A DNA stretch of 29,083 bases from Candidatus Thorarchaeota archaeon (lineage in GTDB: Archaea; Asgardarchaeota; Thorarchaeia; Thorarchaeales; Thorarchaeaceae): contig JBHIAE010000035.1 of the NCBI GenBank assembly GCA_046758445.1, forward strand, positions 1 to 29,083, written 5' to 3'. This document shows, piece by piece, positions 1 through 8,294 of the stretch (position 1 is the stretch's first letter; every line of letters begins with the position of its first letter). The position numbers were made by a program, and so were the translations under genes. The notes beneath the pieces are model-generated. The model made no database searches, was not told the origin of the DNA, and was given only the letters and a program-made list of their open reading frames with translations.

Positions 1-405
1 CACAAATCTCTCTAGGCGATTGGCGTCAATCTTCTGAGCCTCTGCGGTTATGAATGTCCCTCGAAGATACTTGAATGCCGCTCCGCCGCTAAGTAGGGTC
101 AGGACTGCGATCACAATGAAGAAAACAACAAGCTGCCAGAACACAAACAAAGCAATTACGGCTGCGAGTACTGTGACAAGACAAAGCAAATCTGTTATTG
201 CACCAGCAGACTCAACTCCACCCTGAAACATAAGACCGATTCTTCGTAATGCTGCAATATTGACCCAAGTCTGATACATGCTTGCGTCATCCTCGCCAAC
301 AAGATAGTTCCTGACTGATGCCTCTACAGTGTCTTTCTTGCCGCCGTGAACAGTGATACTAATCGTGTTCACATGGGTCGCATCTGGCGGTTCTGGTGTA
401 CTCAT
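1..405 (-). CDS. Hypothetical membrane protein, runs off the window start
   Basis: Read manually: ATG at 405 preceded by GTGAGGGG; open to position 1 (MSTPEPPDATHVNTISITVHGGKK...LVTVLAAVIALFVFWQLVVFFIVIAVLTLLSGG...). Long hydrophobic segment. Not in the ORF track because no stop falls inside the window. Confidence 0.75.
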   Translation of the reverse strand, partial: MSTPEPPDATHVNTISITVHGGKKDTVEASVRNYLVGEDDASMYQTWVNIAALRRIGLMFQGGVESAGAITDLLCLVTVLAAVIALFVFWQLVVFFIVIAVLTLLSGGAAFKYLRGTFITAEAQKIDANRLERFV

Positions 406-530
406 TTGAAATCCCCTCACGCAATCGAAGAAACTCACCGGTTTGATTTAACAGTTGTTCCTCCTGATTTCCAACACTTGTCATTCGAGAAAGCCTAACA
501 TTTTTCGGAAACTTGTCGGACTGGTATACT

Positions 531-1241
531 ATGGCAGATGTCTTTGGTATGGTCATGATGGATGCAGTGAAAGGGAACGAGGCTAAGCATCTGATTGTAA
601 GAAACGATGGATATACTCGTGAGAGTCTTGGAAGTCAGTACATTGCGGACTTCTCCGACTGGCCAGATGGACAGAAACAAGCTGCAAGAGAGGTCAAAGG
701 CAGGATACTAGACATAGGTTGCGGCGCCGGACGCGTTGGAGTCTACTTCCAAAGTGTCGGGCATGAGGTAGTAGGTATTGACATTTCTCAAGGTGCCATT
801 GAAGCCGCGAGGAAGAGAGGCCTCCAGAATGTTCACCTCATGTCAGCAGAGAAGCTAGAATTCCCAGAGAAGTCATTCGACACGGTCGTCCTCTTTGGTA
901 ACAATTTCGGCATCATGGGAGAAGAGGGCCGGATAGTTAGCATGCTGAAGGAAATCTACCGAGTAACAACTCCCGATGGCGTGCTCCTGGCAGAGAGCAG
1001 AGATGTGACAGCAACCGATAATCCAGAACATCATAGATACCATGAGGAGAACAGAGCGAAAGGAAGACCTTTGGGCCTAGTCACCTTGCGTCTAGAATAT
1101 CAAGGTGTCGTGGATGACTGGTGGGAGCTCCGAATGGCAAGTCCTGAAGATATGTCAGAGATTGCTGAGAAGGCCGGTTGGAGGCTTGAGAGAACATATG
1201 GCCCACGCGAATTGTACGTCGGGGTCCTCAGGAAGTCTTGA
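531..1241 (+). CDS. Class I SAM-dependent methyltransferase
   Basis: Motif I ILDIGCGAGR, VVGIDIS, FDTVVLFGNNFG, PDGVLL; ATG at 531 preferred over TTG at 513. Confidence 0.9.
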   Translation: MADVFGMVMMDAVKGNEAKHLIVRNDGYTRESLGSQYIADFSDWPDGQKQAAREVKGRILDIGCGAGRVGVYFQSVGHEVVGIDISQGAIEAARKRGLQNVHLMSAEKLEFPEKSFDTVVLFGNNFGIMGEEGRIVSMLKEIYRVTTPDGVLLAESRDVTATDNPEHHRYHEENRAKGRPLGLVTLRLEYQGVVDDWWELRMASPEDMSEIAEKAGWRLERTYGPRELYVGVLRKS

Positions 1242-1341
1242 AGACAGGGCTCACGAAACCCCGTCCCAGAGGAATCTAACGACACTAATACTTTTAGCAC
1301 TCGATTCTCTTCACGAAACCATCACAAGTGAGGATTGAGAT

Positions 1342-1722
1342 ATGCCAGAGATAGACCTTCGTTACCACTGTTACATCTGCGGGCACCCAGTTAATCTGAC
1401 TCCAGTAGTTCCAACCGCACCGAACTTCAGCCAAGTCGAAGTACGATGCACGAATTGTGGTGATGGTACTCATCTGATGCTTACCGCGTGTCCCAACTGC
1501 AGGAAGGGGGTGAAGTACCTCCTATCGGACTTGGACTTTCCTGAAGAGGTATTGAGACTCTCGGATGCTTACGTGAAGCTGATTGGCGGAATCAGGGACA
1601 GCCTCGGTGAAGTCGTCAGCCAGTTCAATGTTCCACTCCCCAAGCGATGGTCTGTACGACTCGATTGTGAATGTGGCGAACAATATTCAGCAGAGATATC
1701 TCTGCCTCAGCTTGAAACGTGA
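1342..1722 (+). CDS. Multi-CxxC zinc-binding hypothetical protein
   Basis: CYIC, CTNC, CPNC, CEC motifs; GTGAGG upstream. Confidence 0.8.
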   Translation: MPEIDLRYHCYICGHPVNLTPVVPTAPNFSQVEVRCTNCGDGTHLMLTACPNCRKGVKYLLSDLDFPEEVLRLSDAYVKLIGGIRDSLGEVVSQFNVPLPKRWSVRLDCECGEQYSAEISLPQLET

Positions 1723-1731
1723 AGATATCAC

Positions 1732-2169
1732 TCAGCCAATCAATACTTCGCAGGATAGATGTACTGGGCATTTCATCGAGTTAGAAACAATACAATAAGT
1801 ATGGGCTCTCTTCGCAGCCTTCTTCATGCGGGCTTTGTCCCTCTCTGTGGGCACCCATATCTTGGCCGAGATTGTTATTTCATCAAACTCCCACCCATGT
1901 TCGCCCATTTTCAGATCACCCTCCGCTTTTACTGTAAAGTCGTTGAACTCGGCATGGAAACGCTTTGCAACTCCGACCAAAGACACACCATAGCATGACA
2001 CCGCCGATGCCACGAAGAGATCCTCCGGAGACAGAACATCCTTAGGGGCCCCAGGCCAGAAGTCAGTTGGCGTGGCTACTTCTATGGTAGGCTTCCCCTC
2101 AATCTCAATTGTGACAATCTTCTCGCTTACCCAGTTACTCGTCATCTCGTAGTGATGCTCTTCTGCCAT
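1732..2169 (-). CDS. OsmC/Ohr family protein
   Basis: SPEDLFVASAVSC and YCIVSNSMK, the two conserved Cys motifs; GAGGAG RBS. Confidence 0.9.
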   Translation of the reverse strand: MAEEHHYEMTSNWVSEKIVTIEIEGKPTIEVATPTDFWPGAPKDVLSPEDLFVASAVSCYGVSLVGVAKRFHAEFNDFTVKAEGDLKMGEHGWEFDEITISAKIWVPTERDKARMKKAAKRAHTYCIVSNSMKCPVHLSCEVLIG

Positions 2170-2328
2170 CTCTAGACGCTCCTCTGTCGCACCCTCGCCT
2201 TATTTGAAAGGTGTTATGCTCTAGATATGCATGGAAACGGAGTTTTCTGACTTGAGATTGTGACTCCAGAAAGCTGTGGTTCCGGTTTGAGAGCGTCCCT
2301 TATTAGGATGTATGGATACAACCAGAAT

Positions 2329-2422
2329 GTGGTGGTCAGGGTGCCAGCAGGGCCTATTTTCTGTAACATGCCCTCATAACTCCCCCCCTCCTACCAGTAG
2401 CTCTGTTGGTTCTGGCCACCAC
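2329..2422 (+). other. Long stem-loop (candidate structured RNA or orphan leader)
   Basis: GTGGTGGTCAGGGTGCCAGCAGGGC pairs with GCTCTGTTGGTTCTGGCCACCAC (~23 bp, several G-U pairs that work only on the + strand). Confidence 0.5.
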
Positions 2423-2481
2423 CCTTTCACTTGGTGAAGAACAGAAGAGGGAGAGAGTCGTTTGATTAGATGTAAACAGAT

Positions 2482-2763
2482 TCAGCGTCGCAATCTCAAC
2501 ATCTGTGGTTTACGACCAGGCACACGTTCGATTACTCCTCTGGCTTCAAGATCGAGTTTGATTGTCCTGCAGTACCAGCTGATTGAGTCATCAAATGAGC
2601 CGGCCAGTTGTTTCTAAACCTCATCTCTAAGTCTTTTGAAGCCTATTTCCTCTACACCTTGGAGTGTTTGGAGGATAGCACCTTTCACTTGTTCGTACTT
2701 CACTTTCTCAATATTGACACCCTCTTTCCCTTCTGGATGAAGTGTCAGGATTCGCTCAGCCAT
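2482..2763 (-). pseudogene. DUF6958-like small protein interrupted by a single in-frame TAG (2614-2616)
   Basis: MAERILTLHPEGKEGVNIEKVKYEQVKGAILQTLQGVEEIGFKRLRDEV*KQLAGSFDDSISWYCRTIKLDLEARGVIERVPGRKPQMLRLRR; family-like motifs (TLHPEGKxGVNI; SISWY..TxKLDLEARG) on both sides of the TAG in the same frame. Confidence 0.75.
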
Positions 2764-3000
2764 TGCGCATCGATGAAAGTGGTGGTTCCTCACTTATGAG
2801 TCTTCACAATAGTGAATTTTGGGGGGAGATTGAGGTGCTGCTAAATGCAACACCTTGGGAGGTTATTCCTTGGATCTTGATCTAAGCTGCTTCATAGCTT
2901 CGCGAATGTCAACCTCATCGAAACACTCCTGCTTGGTGCTTAGTTGCTACTCGGGCAACGTACAAAAGGAGTTGCCCTGAGGACAGGATGAGGAATTCTT

Positions 3001-3780
3001 ATGGAACTCCCAGAGGGTTTGAAACTGGATGACTACGAGAAGCCCCGTAGAAGAATCGTTGAGTTCATCCGTGACTATGTTTCCAAGACTGGTTTGGCGG
3101 GAGTGGTCTTGGGGCTTAGTGGAGGGATTGACTCAAGTCTTGTGGCAACTTTGGCCTGCGAGGCCCTAGGACCAGACAAGGTCTCAGGACTCATGCTTCC
3201 AGTGGATGCTAAGAAGGACAAGGAGAATGTAAAGGATGCTCGTAATCTCGCAGAGTTACTCAGAATGAGTTATGACGTCTTCGAACTCAAGAGAGCAGTT
3301 GCAGCTTTCGACCCCCTGTATTTGGAGAAAGTCGCCCTAGGAAATCTTACCGCACGGCTCCGAATGACTACTTGGTATGCACGAGCCAATCAGGAAAACC
3401 GATTGGTTCTTGGAACCGGAAACAAGAGCGAGATATTGACTGGGTACTTCACCAAGTACGGAGACGCGGGTGTAGACATTCTCCCTTTGGGAGAGCTATA
3501 CAAAGTGAACGTCTGGGGACTCGCTGAGCACATAGGAGTTCCACAGTACATCATTAAGAAGACGCCCTCAGCAGGACTCTGGGCTGACCAGACTGATGAA
3601 GGCGAGATGGGAGTCACTTACAAGGAGCTCGATAGCATTCTATTCCTCAGATTTGACAGAGGACTCAGCCCTGAAGAGATTGCATCCAGAGGTCATGCCC
3701 TTGACACTGTGGGCAAAGTCATGGCTCTTGTGGAAAGGTCTCAACACAAGCGCGACCCAATTCCAAGGGCCCAACTCTGA
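3001..3780 (+). CDS. nadE: NH3-dependent NAD+ synthetase
   Basis: GLSGGIDS, NLTARLRM, GTGNKSE, GYFTKYGD, PSAGLWADQTDE. Confidence 0.97.
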   Translation: MELPEGLKLDDYEKPRRRIVEFIRDYVSKTGLAGVVLGLSGGIDSSLVATLACEALGPDKVSGLMLPVDAKKDKENVKDARNLAELLRMSYDVFELKRAVAAFDPLYLEKVALGNLTARLRMTTWYARANQENRLVLGTGNKSEILTGYFTKYGDAGVDILPLGELYKVNVWGLAEHIGVPQYIIKKTPSAGLWADQTDEGEMGVTYKELDSILFLRFDRGLSPEEIASRGHALDTVGKVMALVERSQHKRDPIPRAQL

Positions 3781-3787
3781 AAGTCGG

Positions 3788-4453
3788 TCAAGTGTCTCGA
3801 ACAACCATGCCGAGCTGCTCCAACTCCAACAGATACTCGCTTGCGGTTTCCTCTGGAATGACCAAGCTCTCTGAAAGCTGCTTACTCATAGAATCAAAAC
3901 TGAACGTGTCCAGGGATGCGGAGCGCCTTATCAGTAGAACTAGTCGAATCTGGCGTGCACTCGTGGCGCGTTCCATAGCTCGCTCATAGAGGCGGTACAT
4001 AGGCCTCGGGGGACTGATGTGTTCTTTCAGCTGACGTGAAGCCCACTCATGGTCAAAGAACGACCGGTCTCCGTCCCAATTGGTCAACAGAAGTCCATAC
4101 TCGTTCTCATATGTAGTCACGAATCCCTTCAATCTCCTCATGAATCGGTCATCCACCGCGCCTTCCGCTACAGCGATGCCAGCAAGATAGTCCCCATAAC
4201 AGATATGCACTAGGTGACTGTCTATTTCGTGAGATTCGTAGACCAATTCCGAATCATGGGATCCTTTCACTTTCTTAGCAAAGAAGATAGCAGTGAGAAG
4301 GGCACTGAAGAGATCTGGGTCAATAGAGTCCGTGGAGAAAGACTCATGGAAGATAGACAGCCCACTTTGAATCACCGACACTATGATGTCCTTGACACGT
4401 GCAGTTGAGGAAGATATCGTTTCACGTGCGCCAGGCCAAGTACGTTGTCCCAA
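3788..4453 (-). CDS. Hypothetical protein with longin-like N-terminal domain and helical/wHTH-like C-terminus
   Basis: IIVSVIQSGLSIFHESF...DPDLFSALLTAIFF...F..TYENEY..LL.NWDGDRSFF pattern typical of Asgard longin-like proteins; start uncertain (TTG 4453 chosen, upstream part of the 271-aa ORF looks non-coding). Confidence 0.6.
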   Translation of the reverse strand: MGQRTWPGARETISSSTARVKDIIVSVIQSGLSIFHESFSTDSIDPDLFSALLTAIFFAKKVKGSHDSELVYESHEIDSHLVHICYGDYLAGIAVAEGAVDDRFMRRLKGFVTTYENEYGLLLTNWDGDRSFFDHEWASRQLKEHISPPRPMYRLYERAMERATSARQIRLVLLIRRSASLDTFSFDSMSKQLSESLVIPEETASEYLLELEQLGMVVRDT

Positions 4454-4610
4454 TATAGTATGGCTCCAGTCGGTTCCCTTACTTGCGAGGTAATGAGGTT
4501 GCCATCGAAGCAGACGTCGCCGGCTATAACTGTGTCGGCCTCTGCTGCTAGGCAGGGTACTTGGAATACTAGAGGCAGAGAGGGGTCCTTGAACGGACCA
4601 CACTCACAAT

Positions 4611-5024
4611 CTATTTTCCTCTGGGCTCAATCCCGAATCTCGTCGATACATTCGTGTAGAAATGTTCCAAGCCAAACACGACTGCATTGAGTTCGCTTGC
4701 AAAATTGTCCATATTCGTACATTCAGGAATGTCGTTCTCTGAGTACAGATTGTCATTCTCATCCATCGAGTAGGTGACATCGTCATGCATCCAGTTCTCT
4801 CGCAACAGGAAACCGTAGATCTCTTCCTTCTGATCAGAGGGGAGTTCTTCTGGCCTCAAAAGAAGGACCGCAACATGGATCCATTTGTCAGCACGAACTG
4901 TTATTCTGACTTCGAACATCTTCCCTTCTACATCCCAGTCTATCATGAAGGTGCTAATATCCGGGATGAACTCGAATTTCATCTCGAGACTTGTCAACCA
5001 TTCTCTGATTTGCTCTACTGACAT
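4611..5024 (-). CDS. YbjN-like (T3SS-chaperone fold) protein
   Basis: Probable start MSVEQIREWL at 5024; YGFLLRENW..DVTYSMDENDNLY fits the YbjN/CesT pattern. Confidence 0.65.
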   Translation of the reverse strand: MSVEQIREWLTSLEMKFEFIPDISTFMIDWDVEGKMFEVRITVRADKWIHVAVLLLRPEELPSDQKEEIYGFLLRENWMHDDVTYSMDENDNLYSENDIPECTNMDNFASELNAVVFGLEHFYTNVSTRFGIEPRGK

Positions 5025-5239
5025 GAAACTCACATTCCTGAGCATCAACGGCATAGCAGAATCTGAGTTTTGAGTATTTGGGTGGAGCATCATGCGGTTC
5101 GAGATTGTTGAGAAACCATTTCCGAACCAAATGATATGGAAATTGGTCATTTTTGGGTATTGTTTGCAGTTTTCGGAACTTACGCACTCCCGCGAATAGA
5201 TATTCTTTCTGAGCATACGTACTTACAGGGTGAATCAAA

Positions 5240-5572
5240 TTGCCAAGATTCGGTTCAGCACGAATAAAGGAGAAAGTCGACATTGGCCCTGATAAGAGGG
5301 TAGTCACACTAGCGAGCTACCTCAATGCCAGTTTCGGTGTGGTATCAATGGCACTCGTGTTCGTCCCCATTGCAATGATTCCCGGCTATGTAATAATCGC
5401 TTTGTTTGCAGAAATATACCTCGCAGATTGGGTATATACCCAACTTTCAGGAAAGGCGGCCCAGGTCACAGTTGATGTGCACGTAAGACAGCAGGACCTC
5501 GACACACTGAGTGAGATACACGCAGAGCGGACAGCAATCGCTTCGGTGGTCAATAGAGAATTCGCAAGATAG
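5240..5572 (+). CDS. Hypothetical membrane ORF, possibly a degraded fragment
   Basis: TTG-start 110-aa ORF with a hydrophobic stretch; no recognisable complete domain. Confidence 0.3.
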   Translation: MPRFGSARIKEKVDIGPDKRVVTLASYLNASFGVVSMALVFVPIAMIPGYVIIALFAEIYLADWVYTQLSGKAAQVTVDVHVRQQDLDTLSEIHAERTAIASVVNREFAR

Positions 5573-5777
5573 TCGTACGTGGCAAGGCGAAGAAGGGAAA
5601 GCCAGAGTCCATAGGGCTTTCAAGCGCCTCTTCATTACCTTTTGAACAAGGCTACTTCTTTCATTCTTCCAGCCAGTCATGGTTTCATTAATGCACGACC
5701 CTAAAGATGCATTCATAATGGAACTTGAAGAATCGGTTGCATCAAGAATTAGCCATCCCTGAAGGACGTAAAACGCC

Positions 5778-6650
5778 ATGAGGAAACCGGATATCAAGAG
5801 AGTCATACTCAGAATGGCTGGCAAAGGAGAGTTCTATGGTTACGAGATTCATAAGCAACTGGCTGAGGAGAACATCCGGGTCGGGATTGGACGACTCTAC
5901 GCAATACTGACTGAGATGAGAAACGAAGGACTGCTGAAGGATCGATGGCAGAAGAGTCAGTCAGGACCTCGGCGAAGAGTATACCAGATTGGCAAGAAGG
6001 GAAGGAGAGAGCGTGAGAAGATGCTCATGGAGGCAATAGGAACTGTTCACGAGTTCTACACTGAGTATCTCCTCAACCTGCCACCTGAACTCAGTGCATT
6101 CTCTAAGATGAGCAAGCTGCTAAGCATGGGGTTAAGAGAGAAACCGGTCATCGCCTACGCCGCACCTAGATTCTCAGAGCCACTCAAGAGAGTCCTAGCG
6201 GGTCTGAGAACCGAGAACCCTGGGAGTACTATGTACATCGTTTGTTCTAGATCTGCCGCCAACGAACCAGGCCTCGAGAACCTACTGATTCTGGAAGGAT
6301 CGCTTGAAGACATACCGGCCAAAGACAACTATCTCGACCTACTCATTGTCACCGGGAATATTAGGACCGACTCATTAGAAGCATGTTTCACCGAGTGGCA
6401 CAGAGTCCTCAGGAAAGATGGAACCTTAGCCATAGTAACGCCAACGGCTCTGGTTGCATCCTTCGAAGAGCCACTTGGAATTGGCGACTTTATCGAAAGG
6501 AAGGAACATCCTCGGACAGGCGAGAGGGACCATCTCAGTCTGGAAGTCCTCACCCAACAAGTGGGAAGACATTTCGATAAGGTCGAGCATGAGCAGGTTG
6601 TTCATATCACGGTTTTGCGGGGGCTAAAGCCCAAGGCCAAGCCGCAATAG
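5778..6650 (+). CDS. PadR-family wHTH regulator fused to a methyltransferase-fold domain
   Basis: YGYEIHKQL...GRLYAILTEMRNEGLL...GPRRRVYQIGKKGR (PadR); C-terminal EGSLEDIPAKDNYLDLLIV...EWHRVLRKDGTLAIV (MTase motifs) without a clear GxGxG motif I. Confidence 0.85.
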   Translation: MRKPDIKRVILRMAGKGEFYGYEIHKQLAEENIRVGIGRLYAILTEMRNEGLLKDRWQKSQSGPRRRVYQIGKKGRREREKMLMEAIGTVHEFYTEYLLNLPPELSAFSKMSKLLSMGLREKPVIAYAAPRFSEPLKRVLAGLRTENPGSTMYIVCSRSAANEPGLENLLILEGSLEDIPAKDNYLDLLIVTGNIRTDSLEACFTEWHRVLRKDGTLAIVTPTALVASFEEPLGIGDFIERKEHPRTGERDHLSLEVLTQQVGRHFDKVEHEQVVHITVLRGLKPKAKPQ

Positions 6651-6688
6651 CGACTCAAGTCAAGCATAATCGACCTCCAACAAAGAAT

Positions 6689-6716
6689 CAGTATATACAG
6701 AATCGTACTATACTGA
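6689..6716. promoter_or_regulatory. 28-bp palindromic site, copy 1 (CAGTATA-N13-TATACTG)
   Basis: CAGTATATACAGAATCGTACTATACTGA; 24/28 identical to copy 2; extra half site GTGCTATACTG at 6738-6748. Confidence 0.65.
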
Positions 6717-6763
6717 GTCCTTGTTAGATGCTTATTAGTGCTATACTGCTACTTGGTTATAAT

Positions 6764-6909
6764 GCACCATCTAGTTCAGGGTGGTGCCTTCGTGCAATCT
6801 TGACAGGAGTTCCTAAATCTCCTTTTCTACTCGACAGTATCTGTCACGAAGCTCATTCAAAAGAGTAGTATACCATGTTCGGAGGAAGCAGAAACGTTCT
6901 GTTTCCTCC
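6764..6909 (+). ncRNA. Candidate structured RNA between the two 28-bp sites
   Basis: Hairpin GCACCATCT/GGGTGGTGC (6764-6787); CTTCGT..GACAG/CTGTCACGAAG enclosing AGGAG/CTCCT; 13-bp hairpin GGAGGAAGCAGAA-ACG-TTCTGTTTCCTCC (6881-6909). Confidence 0.35.
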
Positions 6910-6957
6910 CCCACTTTTCCAGCGATTTCTGACCTTGCAAGTACGTCTTCTTGCGAC

Positions 6958-6985
6958 CAGTATATCCAGTTTTGTACTATACTGA
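6958..6985. promoter_or_regulatory. 28-bp palindromic site, copy 2
   Basis: CAGTATATCCAGTTTTGTACTATACTGA, ending 86 bp upstream of the 7072 start. Confidence 0.65.
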
Positions 6986-7071
6986 CCTCGTGATATTCGC
7001 TTAGGATTGGATTTGCGGAAGCACAGAAGGCTGCGTGACAGCATTCGCTAAATTAGATTGGGTTCAAGCAC

Positions 7072-8202
7072 TTGAAAACTAGGAAGCTTTTGGGAACTCT
7101 GACTGTTCTGGCGTTCTTCCTGACTGTCTTTTTTGCGTCACAGAACATTGTGGCAGTAACTCAGGGACCCACACTAACGGTATACAGCACAACCGAAGTC
7201 ATCACCGTAGACGGTGACGCCGGGGAATCTGCTTGGAGCAGTGCCGATGTGCTCACCATTCCCGATATAGACGGGTCTGGTGTTGACGTCACTTTGAAGG
7301 CTCTCACTGATGGTACGTATATTTACATCTTTGCAACTTGGAATGACACAACAAAGCACGATACCCGTGAGGGATGGTCATTCAATGGGACGGATTGGTC
7401 TAACGTTGGAGGAAACGAAGATCGCATCACCATCGCATGGGGTCTGGGCAGTGCCATAGTCTGTGGACACAATCCCGGGACTAACGATACAATGTTGTTT
7501 GACATCTGGCACTGGAAGGCCGCTCGCACCGCTCATGCCGGCTGGACTGATGACAAGTTCTGGGACGGTTCAGGAAGACACGGTGATGCCAAGACTGCCG
7601 GCGGCTACAAGGACAACTCTGTCGTAGCACAGGCCGGGAGTCCTGCAGCGATTACCTCAGCCCTTGGCAACAGCTCTCCGGTAGCTGCATTCAGCGACGA
7701 TGACCGTCCGTACTGGGACAATAGCGGAAACGTGATTGCATGGACAAACGGCGCAAACTCGACGCCAGTTGGCGACTTCATCTACGGGTACAATTCGACA
7801 ATTCCGACAGGTAGCCGGGGCGATGTGATCACTGAATCAATCCATAACGGAACAGCTTGGAACGTCGAGTTCAAACGTGCTCTGGATACCGGGAATGCTG
7901 CTGACGATATCGCTTTCAGTGCTGGCAGTACCATCCCGTTCTACGTGGCTGTCCACAATAACTCTGGTGGACCAAACCATTTCATGGCTGGAGGATTCAC
8001 ACCCACCACCTACCAGCTAAGCATTCCGGCCACAACCGGGACTACAACAACCACGGACACCACAACGACGACAACGGACACCGGTCCCACCACTACTACT
8101 ACTCCGCCTCCAGGCCTTGATCCGATGACACTGGCAATAGTGGCCGTTGGTGGAGTCATTGTAGTCATAGTGCTTGTGATATTCATAAGACGCGGGAAGT
8201 AG
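7072..8202 (+). CDS. Secreted DOMON/ethylbenzene-dehydrogenase-related (EB_dh-like) surface protein with Thr-rich linker and C-terminal membrane anchor
   Basis: Signal peptide; ITVDG...W; VTLKALTDGTYIY; NEDRI; FDIWHWKAAR; WNVEFKRALDTG..DD; poly-Thr linker; TM helix followed by RRGK. Confidence 0.85.
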   Translation: MKTRKLLGTLTVLAFFLTVFFASQNIVAVTQGPTLTVYSTTEVITVDGDAGESAWSSADVLTIPDIDGSGVDVTLKALTDGTYIYIFATWNDTTKHDTREGWSFNGTDWSNVGGNEDRITIAWGLGSAIVCGHNPGTNDTMLFDIWHWKAARTAHAGWTDDKFWDGSGRHGDAKTAGGYKDNSVVAQAGSPAAITSALGNSSPVAAFSDDDRPYWDNSGNVIAWTNGANSTPVGDFIYGYNSTIPTGSRGDVITESIHNGTAWNVEFKRALDTGNAADDIAFSAGSTIPFYVAVHNNSGGPNHFMAGGFTPTTYQLSIPATTGTTTTTDTTTTTTDTGPTTTTTPPPGLDPMTLAIVAVGGVIVVIVLVIFIRRGK

Positions 8203-8230
8203 GGCCTTTGGCCCTCTCCCTTTTCTTTTC
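8201..8230 (+). terminator. Hairpin plus U-tract terminator
   Basis: AGGGCC-TTT-GGCCCT followed by CTCCCTTTTCTTTTC immediately after the stop. Confidence 0.65.
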
Positions 8231-8294
8231 TGAACACAAACTGTCACTGCAACATTCTATCATGCGAAGGTTGCTATGCATAGTGGCGTGACTA

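Noticed and set aside
2329-2422. SRP RNA, RNase P RNA or tRNA
   Set aside because: Lacks the SRP helix-8 motif, RNase P conserved boxes and a cloverleaf
6689-6985. 28-bp repeats as CRISPR repeats or Xer/dif recombination sites
   Set aside because: Only two copies with a 241-bp gap, and no cas or recombinase gene. The central spacers differ (AGAATC vs AGTTTT), which disfavours recombination between them.
8030-8105. ACN-rich tandem repeat as a DNA repeat element
   Set aside because: It encodes the Thr-rich linker with varied third positions
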